A DNA stretch of 64,000 bases, from assembly GCA_015680685.1 (NCBI GenBank), contig MNCI01000003.1, positions 604,193 to 668,192 on the forward strand, given 5' to 3'. The notes beneath the pieces were generated by a model. It worked only from the letters and a program-made list of their open reading frames with translations, ran no database searches and was not told the DNA's origin. This document shows, in pieces, positions 13,139 through 27,300 of the stretch; within the stretch, counting starts at the first letter, position 1; each line of letters opens with the position of its first letter. The position numbers and the translations under genes are program-made. The stretch comes from Gnetum montanum. Lineage: Eukaryota > Plantae > Gnetophyta.

Positions 13139-16100
13139 TCACAACCTATGTTGCAACTTAACTTGTGATGGATATTACAAGGTGTGATCCCGATTACAAT
13201 GGTCATTGAAAGCATGTACATACTAATAGCCTTGAAACCTCTAAAAATAATAATTTTTATTTTTAGAGTGGAAGTGATGGTTTTGGTAAATTATACCTCA
13301 TAATATTCCCAACATGATCTAAAAGTAAAAGTTTTGATGAAAAATAGGATTTTCACTAAGGAAGATTCTTAAAGCAACATGTTATGGTCTAAAGTCAATT
13401 ATGATAGTTAGAAGATTAATTCTAAAGTTAAGGAAATGTCTCATAGATATTTACCATGTTGATAGATGATGATGAGGTTACTTTGGGGGTTTTATGTGAA
13501 GTTATGCAATGATGGTTAGAATTTAGCAATAGTATTAGCATAGGTTATGGGTTATGCCTGCGTTATAATGCTGAAATGAAAAGAAGTTAAAAGATATAGG
13601 ACTAATTGTGTTGAATGTGAATTCCATATGAAATTTAGATAGTTGTTTGGAATATGAATTTGGAAATGACATGGACTCTAGGTTAGGTATTGGCTATAAA
13701 TACATGCCACTAGCTATATTTATGACATCATTCAAGTAGTGAATAGTAAACCTCAATCAATTTATTTTTTAAGTTTTTGTACTAGTGAGTGAGTACCCAT
13801 AATGTAACAACCATTTTTCTGGTATCCATGGTATGTATGATCTTTATAGAGAATGTGTTACTTGCACTCAAGTGTGTATTATGCATAGTATCGGTTTGGT
13901 ATATTTTATAGTTTTTACACTGATGTTTCATGGAGATTAACTTCGAGGTCCATGGATGTATTTAATGTGATTATGTATCTTTTGATATTTATGTGTGTCT
14001 GTGTGTGCATGCGCATGTGTGTGTGTGTGTATTTACAATTCAGTAGATGTGCACTAATCCTATTGATTGAGTGTGGTAGGATTTCATGAGTATTGATTGG
14101 GAGCATGACATGATATATGATCTATGGTTTGTTTATTTTTCTAGTGTACAATTTATAATCTTATTGTATGTGATGTTTTAGCCACTTGTATTATATTTAA
14201 TTAAGTTAGTTTTATTAATTGTAACAAGCTTATTAGAATATTTTTTAGAATAATGGTTTTATGGTATTTTATTTATTAATTCTTTTAGTGTGTATGGATT
14301 TTACATGACAAGGAAAGAAAGGAATGTATTCAATAAGAAGGATTGATGGAAATATTATTTTGGTATAATTTTTGTTTTGGTAATTGATTATTTTCTTTCG
14401 TTACATCGTGTTTTTATCAATCTCCATTAAAAGTTCCATAGCTATTTATCTTTAAAAAATTTGATGATTTGGGAGAGGTGTTATGGAAGATTAAAGTTGG
14501 TGGAGATGCTAGTAAATTCATATTAGTGTACTATTACGTGAATCTTTGTTGTATCACTCTCTTCTATTGTGGTTTTCATCTTGAAACTGTAAACGTAAAT
14601 AATCTTGGATCATTTTACCATTTATTTTTATATGTTTGTGCACATTCATGGAATGGCTTTTGTATTTATTAATTCCATATATTTGTAGTCGAATTTATGG
14701 GTTGATGGGTATTTCTTAGAATAATTAGGATGTTGATTTGATAGAATTTTGTGCATAATTTATGAATAATTGTATTTTTATTAATGTCAATTTTGGACAT
14801 GAGTTTTATGAGAATTAATTCAACAATTTTGTGATGTTGGGTTTTTTTGATTCAATGGTCTTTATTAGTTACAATAGAATGTTTGCAACTACTATAATCT
14901 TTTTTTGGGTGCAAGATTAAACCTGGAGAGATGTGGTTTGGTTTCATTTGGTGGTCATTTTGGAGTATTTGGATTTTCATTCATTTTTAATATTTTTGTC
15001 TAGATTTGTTTTACCTCCTTTTCCAATTCTAAACTCTTTTCATGTGTTATTATGCTTTCTTGTTTTCATATTAATGTTGATTGAATCCTCTTTTTGTTCT
15101 TCATATTGAGATATTGGTTGTATGAGTATGATCCTTTTTATTTTGGGATTTCCAAGATTTAATTATCTTAATTTGATTTTTTCCTCTTTAGTTTAGTCAT
15201 TGGATGGTTCTTGTCCTTTGCTAGTTCTTTATCTAGGGTTTTTGAATCTTTATCTATGATTTTCCTACCTTTTTCCATCAATCCAGAGTCATTGCAGATG
15301 AATCCTAATCTTTTCCTACTTGAAATAGATGTCATTGGTCTTTGCAAGATGATTCCTTTGCATGCTAAGACTTTCAAACAAATGTCTCTACCTTAGAGAT
15401 AATGTCTCCTTTTGGTCTAGAGATGTCTCCACCTTGTTAAAGATGTATCCTTTTACCCAGAGACATCTCCACCCTACCAAAGATATCTCCCACCTTTTCT
15501 AGATGTCTCCTCCTATCCATAGACATCTCCTCATGAATGTTTTCTAAGTCTAGAGACATTTCCCCTAAAATGTAGAAGTGTCATACACTTGGTTTTTGTG
15601 AAGTTTGGTTTGAAACTTGATTTTCTTATCATCAAAGCTTTCTAAAATTTTTTTGAATCTTCCATCTTTGTTGTATTTATTATGCTCTCTCTTGGGTCTT
15701 GAAATTTTGTATGTTTCCTTTACTTGAATGATAATTACTTGGTTTGAACCTTGATCAATTTATGATGATCTCTATCAAATTAATTAGAATCTTAATTCCA
15801 TCATTTTGACATTCCAAGTATTTTTTGTATGCATTTTTTCATATCTTGATTTTCTTATTCTTCTCATTAGAATCTTGATTTTTTTTTCACCCTTGTTGGT
15901 TAAGAGGATATTTCATGGTTTGAGTATTAATCCACATGTGATTATTGGTTGTTGGCAACTTCAACTTCTAATTATTATGGCTTAATTGTTTGTTTGATAG
16001 CTATGATTATGGAATCTTTTTCATGGGTTAATTGGCATCTTGAACCATTATTTGAGATATGTAAGATCTTTTTAAATGTCAATTCTAGATTTTCCATTAA

Positions 16101-17599
16101 TGTTGTATTTTCCTATCATTGGTTTAAGTTTGATGATATTCTATCATTCCTTGGACTAATATTTTTATGAGAATCCATTAGATTGTTGGATTTATTTGAT
16201 GAGAAAAATTTTTTGATTTGTTTTTGCTCTCCACCATTGGTTTATATTCCATGTTTGTATGTTTGTATGTTATTTGGATGTGGAGCTAGCACTAAGTTTG
16301 TGTGGCCAGTTGGAGATTGGCTACTTGGATATGTTTGATGATTAATCCCCACTAGGATGCATCAATGTGGCTTTTATCGTAGATCCTATTGTACATGAGA
16401 GGGTAATTCCATAGCTCATTGATCCCTTTTGTTTGATGCCTCTAGAACATTAGAGGCAAGTTCTCTTTGATGCTTCTAGTACTAATATGATTCAAAATGT
16501 TAGAAGTGAGTGTTAAATGATGCTTCATCTTCCATTTGAGATTAGTGCTAAATCCATGTACATGGTAATTTCATATTTGGTTTGGATAGATTTTATTTTT
16601 GGAAATTAGAAAGTGAACATGACAACTTGACATCCATTTGACACTTAGTGTAGTGCATTCTAGCCTCCTTACTTGTGATGATGATTTTAGTGAAAAAAAT
16701 TTTGTTTTGGATGTGTTTGATGGCTGAATGTTTGGTTGTTCATTTGTATGCTTGTTTAGATACTCTTAAGATCAACCATGCTTCTCCTAACTCTCATGAG
16801 ATTTTCCCATTCATTTATTGCAGATGATACTAAGGTTTCTCACTTAGTTTTATATTAATAACCCATTTTATTTACAAGTTAATATAATTGGAAGGAGATT
16901 AGAGATCTAGGATGGTTCACTAAGTTTTTTAGTATGATTGATGATGTTATGTTTCTAGCTATGAGCTTGTCTATTTATGCATTTGATATATCAACATTAT
17001 ACTAGACATTATTTCTCTTTTTCTAGTTTTTACTTATATATGGATGATGTATGGATTAAAGCCATGATTTTATGTTGATTATATATATTTATGGAGATTC
17101 ATATTTGTAATTTATTTTATTTTCTATTTAGTCAAATTTAATTTTCAACATATATTTTTATCATAATTTATGCAATGCTATATTTATTCATCCCTTTTCT
17201 TTTGTTGTTTAGTTTCCACATGGTTCTTAAGTCATGGCTTCATGGTATGTTCCTTTGTTTTCTTTCACTACAAGTTCATTCATTATCTTAGTTTCATACC
17301 ATGATTAATCATTCATTAGAAGTTCTAACCAACTTAATGCTCTCTAACATAAGGCTTAGGAAGAAGGATGTTATAAGCTAGTATTAGAAAGTATGATTTT
17401 TCTAATTTTCCCTTTTACATTACTATGTTTAGTTATGGCAAGTACTAGAAGTAGATGTGGCTATGCTAGGAGAGTATATGTTGGATCTATTAACCTAACA
17501 CTGATACCTAACCCTATTCCTAATCAAATGAAAAATTCATTGAAAAATTTTCAAGTAAAAAAATTCACTTCAATTCCTACTCTTGTATAGTAAGAGAAT

Positions 17600-20500
17600 A
17601 TCAACCATTATTTATTTTAGTTACTCCATTAACATATGAAAAAAATCTCTAACTTTCCATTGATGTAGGATGCTTTTGAGAGTGATGGCAATGGTAAATG
17701 ACTAACAGAAAGAGAGCTTATGGAGTAGCTTCATAAGCTAGGACCACCTACCTTCCAAGGTGAGAAGGATCCTACCATTACCACTAAGGTCTTAAGATCC
17801 TTAAGATCTTCAAGTTGATAGGTTGTACTCCTACATAGCAAACTTATTTAAAAACTTAATAGTTTTATGAAACTGCTAGTTGCTAGTGAATTGCTCAAAA
17901 AAAGACTTATCATTGGGAAGAATGTGATCTTCATTGAAGTGATTTTCCTTAACGCTTTCAATGCTTATAACTTTTCTTTAGAGTTTGTGGAAGAAAAAAC
18001 TAAGAAGTTCTACCACCTGTACTAGGACAACTAAACTATGATTGCATATAATTATAAGTTCTCAAAGTTGAGCATTTATGTATCTTACATATATTTAAAT
18101 CATAATTTTAGTACAAATCATTTTATTCATGGTCTCTATGTATCTATAAAGGACTATTTGCTTTCTCTATGTCTTTAGATATATGAGGATGCTTGAGTTC
18201 ATACAATTGATTTAGAGTGTAGTCAATTAGCTAAAGTAGCATTGTATGATTAATCTCAAAAGAGAGACCAAGCCTCTTCTAAAAAGTCAAATGATATCTA
18301 GTTCAGATAGTTAATATTAGCAAGTAGTAGTTGGTGAAACTACTCATGGGTTCATTACTTACTATATTTGTAGGAAAGTTGGGTATGTTTGTAGGAACTA
18401 TTCAAACTTTCATAACTATGGTAATCCAAGCCACAAGAGCTTCAACTCTTTGAAGGGTTTGGGAGGTGGAGGGCATTAGTATGGGGGAAAACTTACTAGT
18501 GGCCAAGGTAGTTCTAGAACATATGCACATCTATATGCTTTGGTAAATTAGTTGGTCAATGGTCAACCTAACACCATGATGGAGGTTAAAGGTATGATTT
18601 TTGACTTAGTAGTTTTGATTCTTTTTTATCTTGGTGCAAGCTATTCTTTTGTTGATCCATGAGTAGTTGGACAATTAAATTTGGTAAGTTAGTGTCTTAA
18701 TCAAGGGACTACTGTTAGCTCCATTAGTGGTTATGTACTATTATGGAGAAAATCTATAGGTTTGTATCCTTGGTAATTTAGAATGCCACTTGGTTTAGTG
18801 ATCTTCACATCATGAACCTAGGGGACTATGATGTTGGCTTGGATATAGATTAGTTTTCTCACTATCATGGTAGCTTGGATTATTGTTTTCAAGAACTTTC
18901 CTTGGTGATAAATGATGGTGCTCACATGATAGTGCATACTAAACCATGCAAGATTAAGTTGGATCTTGTGTCTTTGAGATAATTTTATCATTTTTTGAGA
19001 AAGGATCATTCTTATTCGGTTGTTTCCATTAGTAAACATTCTTTGTCACTAGAAATTAATCAAATTTGTGTTGTTCTTAAGTTTCCTAATGTTTTTTATT
19101 CTAAGTTACCTAGTCTACCTCTAAGGTATGATGTCAAGTTTGAGATTTATATCTAAGCTAGTGCTAAACATATCTCCAAGGTTCCACATTAGATGTCTCC
19201 TATTAGATAACCAAAATTAAAGATTCAACTTCAGGAGTTATTTGATAAGAATTTGATTCATCCAAATGTGTCTTCTTGGGGTGCATCTATCCTCTTTGTA
19301 AAGAAGTAGAATTGTAGTATATGCTTGTGCATTAATTATTGAGAGTTGAACTAGATGATAATGAAGAATAAGTATCCTTGATCACATATAGATAAATTGT
19401 TTGATTAGTTGAGGGAAGCTCAAGTATTCTTTAACATTGATCTGAAATCATGATATTTCCATGTTTGTATCAAGGATAAGGATATTCATAAGATATCCTT
19501 TACAACATGGTATGGACATTATGAGTTCTTGGTTTTACCATTTGAGCTTACAATACTTCTATAGTACTTATGTACCTCATAAATAGTATCATGAAATCAT
19601 ACCTAGATTGGTTTACTATCATGTTTATCAATAATATTTTGATGCATTCTTGAGGATAATTTTACAAATACACAAAGAACAACAATGGTTTGCAAACCTT
19701 TTAAGTGTTTATTTTAGTTTCATGAGATCAACTTCTTAGGACATTTTGTTTTAGAGGCTGGTATAACAGTGGATCCCCCTAAGATATCAATTATTTGAAT
19801 TCGTCTATTTTCAAGAATGTTAATGAGGTTCATAATTTTCTTTGGCTAGTAGGTTGTTATAGGATATTTGTTAAGAACTTCTCTCACATTGTTTTACCTC
19901 TCATGAATCTATTAAGAAAGGATGCTGATTTCTTTTGGAATCTACATTGTTTATCTTTGATAAACTCAAGAGTAGATTGATCTAGACTCCTTTTTTTATT
20001 GCACCTACCTCAGGTAAACCATTTAACAATTGTACTAATGCATTAAGAGAAGATTATGGATATGATCTTATTCAAGAGGGAAATGTAATAGCCTATGCCT
20101 CATGAAAGCGTAAGGCTCATGAGATGTACTACCTCACTCATGACCTAGATTTGGGAGTAGTGGTATTTGTCTTGAAGGTTTAGCATCACTACTTATTCAA
20201 AGAGAACTTGATGATTTGGAAAAATCACAAGTGATTATAATATTTAATGAATCAACCTTAGTTAAGCCTATATCAAATGAGGTGGATTAAACTATTGGTT
20301 GATTTTGATTTTAACATCTAGTATTAGATAGGTAAAAGCAATGTTATTGTAGATGTCTTAAGTCATGTGGCTAGTAAGATCCATAGTTTAGTGATCTATT
20401 CTAATAAGATAGGTGAGATTTGATTCTTGGTGTAAGAATCTTAGGTGATATATTGATTCTTATGTGATAGTTGATGCACTTGGGTTACTTCACCATAAGA

Positions 20501-21721
20501 ATTAGAAATGTATTCTTCATTCCTTGTAGCATCATTTATTGAAGGAAGCTCATCTTACTAGGCTTCAAATGCATCCAAATAGCAATAAGATGTTCTAGAT
20601 GCTAAATAGATTGTACTAGTGGCCATGTAAGAAGAAGCAAGTTAGCAAATTTTTGGTTAAATATATAATTTTTTAGTAAGTTAAACTTGAACATCAATGA
20701 TTAAGTGGCTACTTATATCCTCACACTATTCTAGAGTGGAAGTAGTAGATGATTTGTATGAAAATCATTACCAATTTGACTCACATTAGGAGTAGAAAGG
20801 TCATTATCCTTGTTATTGTTAATTTCTTGATCAAGCTAGTTCATTTTCTAGCTACACAAACTTTAGCTAACATGGAGGATGTTACATAATTATTTACCTA
20901 TGAGATTATATCATTGCATGAAATTCTTGCTAAGATTATCTTGATTCATGATGCTAAAATTACTTCTTGATTTTAGCATGTGTTCATAGAGAACCTAGAA
21001 ACTATGCTAAATATAAGTTCATCTTGTCATCTAGAGATTAATGGTCAGGTTGACACATCAACCAAGTATTGAAGAATATGCTTCGATCTTGTAATTTGTA
21101 GTTTTCAAATAGTTTAGATGGTTTGTTGTTCTTGGTAGAGTTTTCTTACAAAAATAGTTATCATGCTAGTTTGAAGAAAAAACTATACAAATTTTTATAT
21201 GGGAGACATTGTAGGACTCTTTTTTTTTTTTTTTTATGCGATCAAGGATATACAATGTGTCAATTCAAACATTGTGTTGAAGATGATAGAGCAAATAAGA
21301 AACTTTCATGAGCAACTTAAAGTAGCTCAAGATTATCAAGTGGGCTACAAGAACCATAGAAGGAGACCTTTCAAGTTTACAATTGGTCATAAGGTGTTTG
21401 TTTTTGTTTCTTTATCAATAGGATTGATGTGTTTTTCTATGAAAGAAAAACTTGACCTTTATTATATTAGATTGTTTAATGTTCTTCAATGCATAGTAAA
21501 GATTGCGTATCATGTTGGTTTTCCTCTACAACTTTCGAAAATGCATGATGTATTTTATGTCTCCATGCTATAAAACTACATTCCTGATGATAGTCATATT
21601 TTCAATTATACTAAGGTATAGCTTCAAGTTGATGCCTCATATGTAAAGCATCTCATTATAAGTGTGGACTAGATGGAGTATCAGTTGCACAATAGGATTA
21701 TGCCCATGATGAAGGTCTTAT
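17600..21721 (+). pseudogene. Decayed gag-pol of element E (gag, Zn knuckle, protease, RT, RNase H, integrase, start of chromodomain)
   Basis: FHKLGPPTFQGEKDP (~17730); LFYLGASYSFV protease (~18620); [35 protein letters not shown] (RT, 19270-19640); VIAYAS..THDLDL (RNase H, ~20085-20150); LVEFSYKNSYHASL..LYGRHCRT and MHDVFYVSML (integrase and GPY/F region). Many stops and frameshifts. Confidence 0.9.
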
Positions 21722-23177
21722 TGATGAGTGGTGAGGTACCCCTACACTCAACCATATGAAACGAGTGTAGCACATGCGATCCGGTTGAACTCCACAGACT
21801 AAATGCCTAAACTCCCCATGGAGCGCTTGGGGTTAATCATTCGTTGTCTTCCCAAACTTACTTGTTGTTGTCACAGTGTATGGTTAAGTAACTCCAAGGT
21901 ATATGATTTTTTTGGTCTTTTCTAGTTTTATGTCTTCTACGCTAAGAGCAAAGGGTTGAGAAACTAACTAACTCTAACTAATGTCTTAAGTCTAAATTAA
22001 CTAGTGTCAGCATCCATTCCCACTTACCGTACACACCCTGAACTATGCAACTATGGCTACCAAACACTAATCATTACTGGGATCACCACACATAATGCAC
22101 GTGCTTGAAGTGGTCGTACTGAGGCACCTAACTAGCCTAAGCGTGATGAACAGCCGATTCCTTGACTAGCCATACACATCCATAGATGCTCGTAATCAAG
22201 TCGTACTCATCCCGTATTCTAGTAGTTGAGGGTGAGAGAGACTAATCGCGATGAGTAGCCAATTCCTTGGTTAGCCGTACACATTCATCAATGCTCGTAA
22301 CCAAGTCGTACTCATGCCGCACTAATGTAGGTAATAAATAACAGGTAGGAAATAACATGTAATAAACCTATTCCATGTACTACAAGGTTTATCCACAAAG
22401 CTCATCTTTATTGCCGTACACAACTTGCATTTAGGTACAAAGCTGCTCGAATAAAGAACCGTTCACTTGGGGACTCCTACTGCAGGCACATGGAAAATAT
22501 TCTATCTCTGGGGTGATCAATCTTCCAGAGCTTCACTACTTCTAGCCTAGGATTCCAAATGAGGGGAGTGCCACCTCTTATTTATAGATTTGATGGTGGA
22601 CCGCGATATCGCAGGGGACGACGCGATATTGCATGGGATGCGATATTGCGGTGCATGCGATATCGCGTCTCATCATACCCCCATGACTGAATGAAAACTC
22701 TTCCTCGAGTTCCTTACAATAATATCAGGTAGGTATGGAATTATTGAGAGGAATGGAACTAATGGGATGACATGTGAATGGATCATTATTACAAGACTTG
22801 ACAAAACTGGTGTTCATGACAACAAGGGTAAACACCTTATTACAATGACATCATCCCTTTGTTGGTAGCTGAGAAAGAGAGAGAGAAAGAAGTGTTGCTG
22901 CTACCAACACCAAAATTGCATCTTCGTTGTCCATCCGTAAGTGCATCATCAATCTTGCTCCTTACATCACTGCTTCTAGCACAGCTCCACTCCAAGTGTT
23001 TGCTCCAGATCCAATCCGTTGTTTGCATGTCTCCCATCTGCACACACAACACAATCATATATTAGCAAGGGTAATTCAATCATCATGTAATTGATACCTT
23101 GCTACGGTGTAAGTCCATTGGCTAGGTTGTGGTATGGCTGATATGGATCTGGGAATATGTGACTGATGGCTACCGAA

Positions 23178-24033
23178 NNNNNNNNNNNNNNNNNNNNNNN
23201 NNNNNNNNNNNNNNNNNNNNNNNNNNNNNNNNNNNNNNNNNNNNNNNNNNNNNNNNNNNNNNNNNNNNNNNNNNNNNNNNNNNNNNNNNNNNNNNNNNNN
23301 NNNNNNNNNNNNNNNNNNNNNNNNNNNNNNNNNNNNNNNNNNNNNNNNNNNNNNNNNNNNNNNNNNNNNNNNNNNNNNNNNNNNNNNNNNNNNNNNNNNN
23401 NNNNNNNNNNNNNNNNNNNNNNNNNNNNNNNNNNNNNNNNNNNNNNNNNNNNNNNNNNNNNNNNNNNNNNNNNNNNNNNNNNNNNNNNNNNNNNNNNNNN
23501 NNNNNNNNNNNNNNNNNNNNNNNNNNNNNNNNNNNNNNNNNNNNNNNNNNNNNNNNNNNNNNNNNNNNNNNNNNNNNNNNNNNNNNNNNNNNNNNNNNNN
23601 NNNNNNNNNNNNNNNNNNNNNNNNNNNNNNNNNNNNNNNNNNNNNNNNNNNNNNNNNNNNNNNNNNNNNNNNNNNNNNNNNNNNNNNNNNNNNNNNNNNN
23701 NNNNNNNNNNNNNNNNNNNNNNNNNNNNNNNNNNNNNNNNNNNNNNNNNNNNNNNNNNNNNNNNNNNNNNNNNNNNNNNNNNNNNNNNNNNNNNNNNNNN
23801 NNNNNNNNNNNNNNNNNNNNNNNNNNNNNNNNNNNNNNNNNNNNNNNNNNNNNNNNNNNNNNNNNNNNNNNNNNNNNNNNNNNNNNNNNNNNNNNNNNNN
23901 NNNNNNNNNNNNNNNNNNNNNNNNNNNNNNNNNNNNNNNNNNNNNNNNNNNNNNNNNNNNNNNNNNNNNNNNNNNNNNNNNNNNNNNNNNNNNNNNNNNN
24001 NNNNNNNNNNNNNNNNNNNNNNNNNNNNNNNNN
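23178..24033. other. Assembly gap
   Basis: N run. Confidence 1.
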
Positions 24034-24398
24034 AGAGAAACCATAGAAATTGGTGGGTGGATGGATGAAGTGGTCTCATTGCCTGCCATATTAGAAGAAA
24101 CATACCTTAGTATCAACATTGTGACTTAAAGGTAAAAACCAAACATTAGCAATCAATATGAAAATAGTTCATACCATCATGAAGAATGGTTATTATGGGA
24201 CAAACTTACAGGGTGGATCACACACACACATACACACAAAAATGAAAAGTATAACGATGTTATAAAACAAAAAATGAGAAAAGTTAAAGAAATTTGTAAA
24301 ACCAAAAGTAGAAGAGTTAAAGAAATTTGTAAAACAAAAATGTGTAAAACAAAAACGTTGTAAAACAAAAACTTAAAAGAACTGAGGGCCCCATATAG

Positions 24399-27300
24399 TT
24401 AGCATAGGTGGCCATCTCCCCCATGACTGAGTTGTAAGGGAGAGATCCAAAATAATGAGCGTTTGTTTGAATTTCGTAGAAATACCCAACTCCTCCCAAC
24501 TGATGTTCTTAGGTTGAGGGGTAGAAGTTGGCAACGCTCATATTTCAATGTGTCTATGCCTTCGTTACAGGCATGGGTTTCCTCAGTTCGTTCCATGCAT
24601 ATTTGTCTGCTCCTTCTAGCTGTCAACCACGAGGTGTCTTCTACTGGTTGTGCGGTTGCTACATATAGGCATCTTTGTTTCAATGTTTCCTGGGCACACC
24701 TATTACATGGAGGCATTTCCTTCATGTCATCACCCGATGACTCACTATATGTGATGCATGGAACTTTCCTCTTCTCAATCTTTCCACAAATGTTTATCTT
24801 AGAGATTTTCAAGGAAGGATCGCAGATTCTAAGGCATGCATCTACTATACTTAGCCATGCCCCTCCCATTATAATTGGGAATTCCCCTTCGTTATTGTTC
24901 ACTTCAATCACTAGAAAATCAGCTGGGTAAGACCAACCATACACAGTGGTGATGATGTCCTCCACCAATCCCAAGGGAATGGTGATGGACTGGTCTACCA
25001 GCTCTAGTTGAATGTTGNNNNNNNNNNNNNNNNNNNNNNNNNNNNNNNNNNNNNNNNNNNNNNNNNNNNNNNNNNNNNNNNNNNNNNNNNNNNNNNNNNN
25101 NNNNNNNNNNNNNNNNNNNNNNNNNNNNNNNNNNNNNNNNNNNNNNNNNNNNNNNNNNNNNNNNNNNNNNNNNNNNNNNNNNNNNNNNNNNNNNNNNNNN
25201 NNNNNNNNNNNNNNNNNNNNNNNNNNNNNNNNNNNNNNNNNNNNNNNNNNNNNNNNNNNNNNNNNNNNNNNNNNNNNNNNNNNNNNNNNNNNNNNNNNNN
25301 NNNNNNNNNNNNNNNNNNNNNNNNNNNNNNNNNNNNNNNNNNNNNNNNNNNNNNNNNNNNNNNNNNNNNNNNNNNNNNNNNNNNNNNNNNNNNNNNNNNN
25401 NNNNNNNNNNNNNNNNNNNNNNNNNNNNNNNNNNNNNNNNNNNNNNNNNNNNNNNNNNNNNNNNNNNNNNNNNNNNNNNNNNNNNNNNNNNNNNNNNNNN
25501 NNNNNNNNNNNNNNNNNNNNNNNNNNNNNNNNNNNNNNNNNNNNNNNNNNNNNNNNNNNNNNNNNNNNNNNNNNNNNNNNNNNNNNNNNNNNNNNNNNNN
25601 NNNNNNNNNNNNNNNNNNNNNNNNNNNNNNNNNNNNNNNNNNNNNNNNNNNNNNNNNNNNNNNNNNNNNNNNNNNNNNNNNNNNNNNNNNNNNNNNNNNN
25701 NNNNNNNNNNNNNNNNNNNNNNNNNNNNNNNNNNNNNNNNNNNNNNNNNNNNNNNNNNNNNNNNNNNNNNNNNNNNNNNNNNNNNNNNNNNNNNNNNNNN
25801 NNNNNNNNNNNNNNNNNNNNNNNNNNNNNNNNNNNNGGTTGGTGGAACTGCCTTGGGTTACCTTGTGGATAAGGTAACCTTCGAGGTGTTTGCCGTTGGT
25901 TGAGTCTTGGATTAAGCGCATACACCCCAGACTCCTGTAGATGTGAGATGATGGGGCAACATCCCTTAGGATGGTCATAATGGTAGATCTCACATCCACA
26001 GTCATTGTCTAAATCAGAATCCTCAACCACATCGGAGTTAGTGATTTTTCCCTTACCCTTGTTATGTGCAAGGCCTAAATCTCTCCACTTTTTCTTACCT
26101 TTGTCACTACTTTGTTCAACCTTAGACTCTTCTATAATTTTCAAGACTATTTCAATTCTTGAGTCTAAGGAATCCCACATTTGGTCTACTTTGGCCGATA
26201 CCTCGATTGTTAACTTTTGGATCGGCAAAGTTTTCCGATTCACCAATTCTTCGATTGGTGACTCATCCTCTTCATCACAAAATTTCACTCCCTTCTTCTG
26301 AATGGAGGGATCATGGTTGTACTCTTCCACACTTTCTCTTTTGCGTAGCTCACCTTCTTCGTTTGCTACTTGCTCCAACAAGCTACATACTTCATGGACT
26401 CTAAGTTGTGAGAGTCTTCCTTGGGCGTAAGTCCCAAGGGTTGTTCGAGTTTCATTCCTTAGCCCATCCACAATGTGGCGAAGTTGATCTTGCTGAGCGT
26501 ACCCATGGCCCGGGAAACGATGTAACAATGTGTAATAGCAGGCCATGGCAGCATCCAAGGGTTCGTGTGTACCTTGCTTCCAGCCTTGGATCTGCTTATG
26601 CAAATTGGACACTTTGGAGTACATTTGATACTTTTCATTGAACAGTTCTAGCATCGTACTCCACCTCCTGATGGTTTTCAGTTCTAAGTACCAGTATTAG
26701 CTCTCTGCTTCCTTAGTGAGTGTCCTTGGGAACAACTTAAGTTTCGGCCACTCACTTTCTATATTTTGCAAGGCATAGGCATCATGGAATGCTTGTAAAT
26801 GATTTTGTGAATCAGCATTGTATCCCCCTTCAAACCATGGGATGTTGTTCATGTCTAATTGTTTGATCTGGCAATCCTTTAAATGCCTTGTGCGAATCCT
26901 AAATGCCTCTGTGATGTCAAGCATACTTCGGGTTACGAGTAGGGGATCATCATGATCGTCTCTTTCATGACGCCAGTGATGCCTTCGTCATTCCCTACTC
27001 TCCCTACGTCCTTGCACTTGTCCTATCTCTTAACCTTCCTGTCAAGGTCTTTCATATTTTTTACTTTTATCCTCACCTTTGTGTTCATGGTGGCTATGCC
27101 CAGATGTGGAAGGAGAGGGTGAGTGATGTGAAGAAGGGGAAGAAGAAGGGGAACCATCGCCATGACGATGTTTCTTGCCTTCTCTTCGTCTGCTACGGCC
27201 CCGATCGTTGTGACGATCAAAGTGCCCATCCTTAGCATGAGTGGTTGTTCCCTTTGTGAACAACTGGTGTTCACGGGTATCAGAACCAGGGATATGTATC

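Noticed and set aside
23076-24119. Long poly-X ORFs (also 25004-26005 and 33684-34794)
   Set aside because: Artefacts of translating N-gaps; only the flanking real sequence was used.
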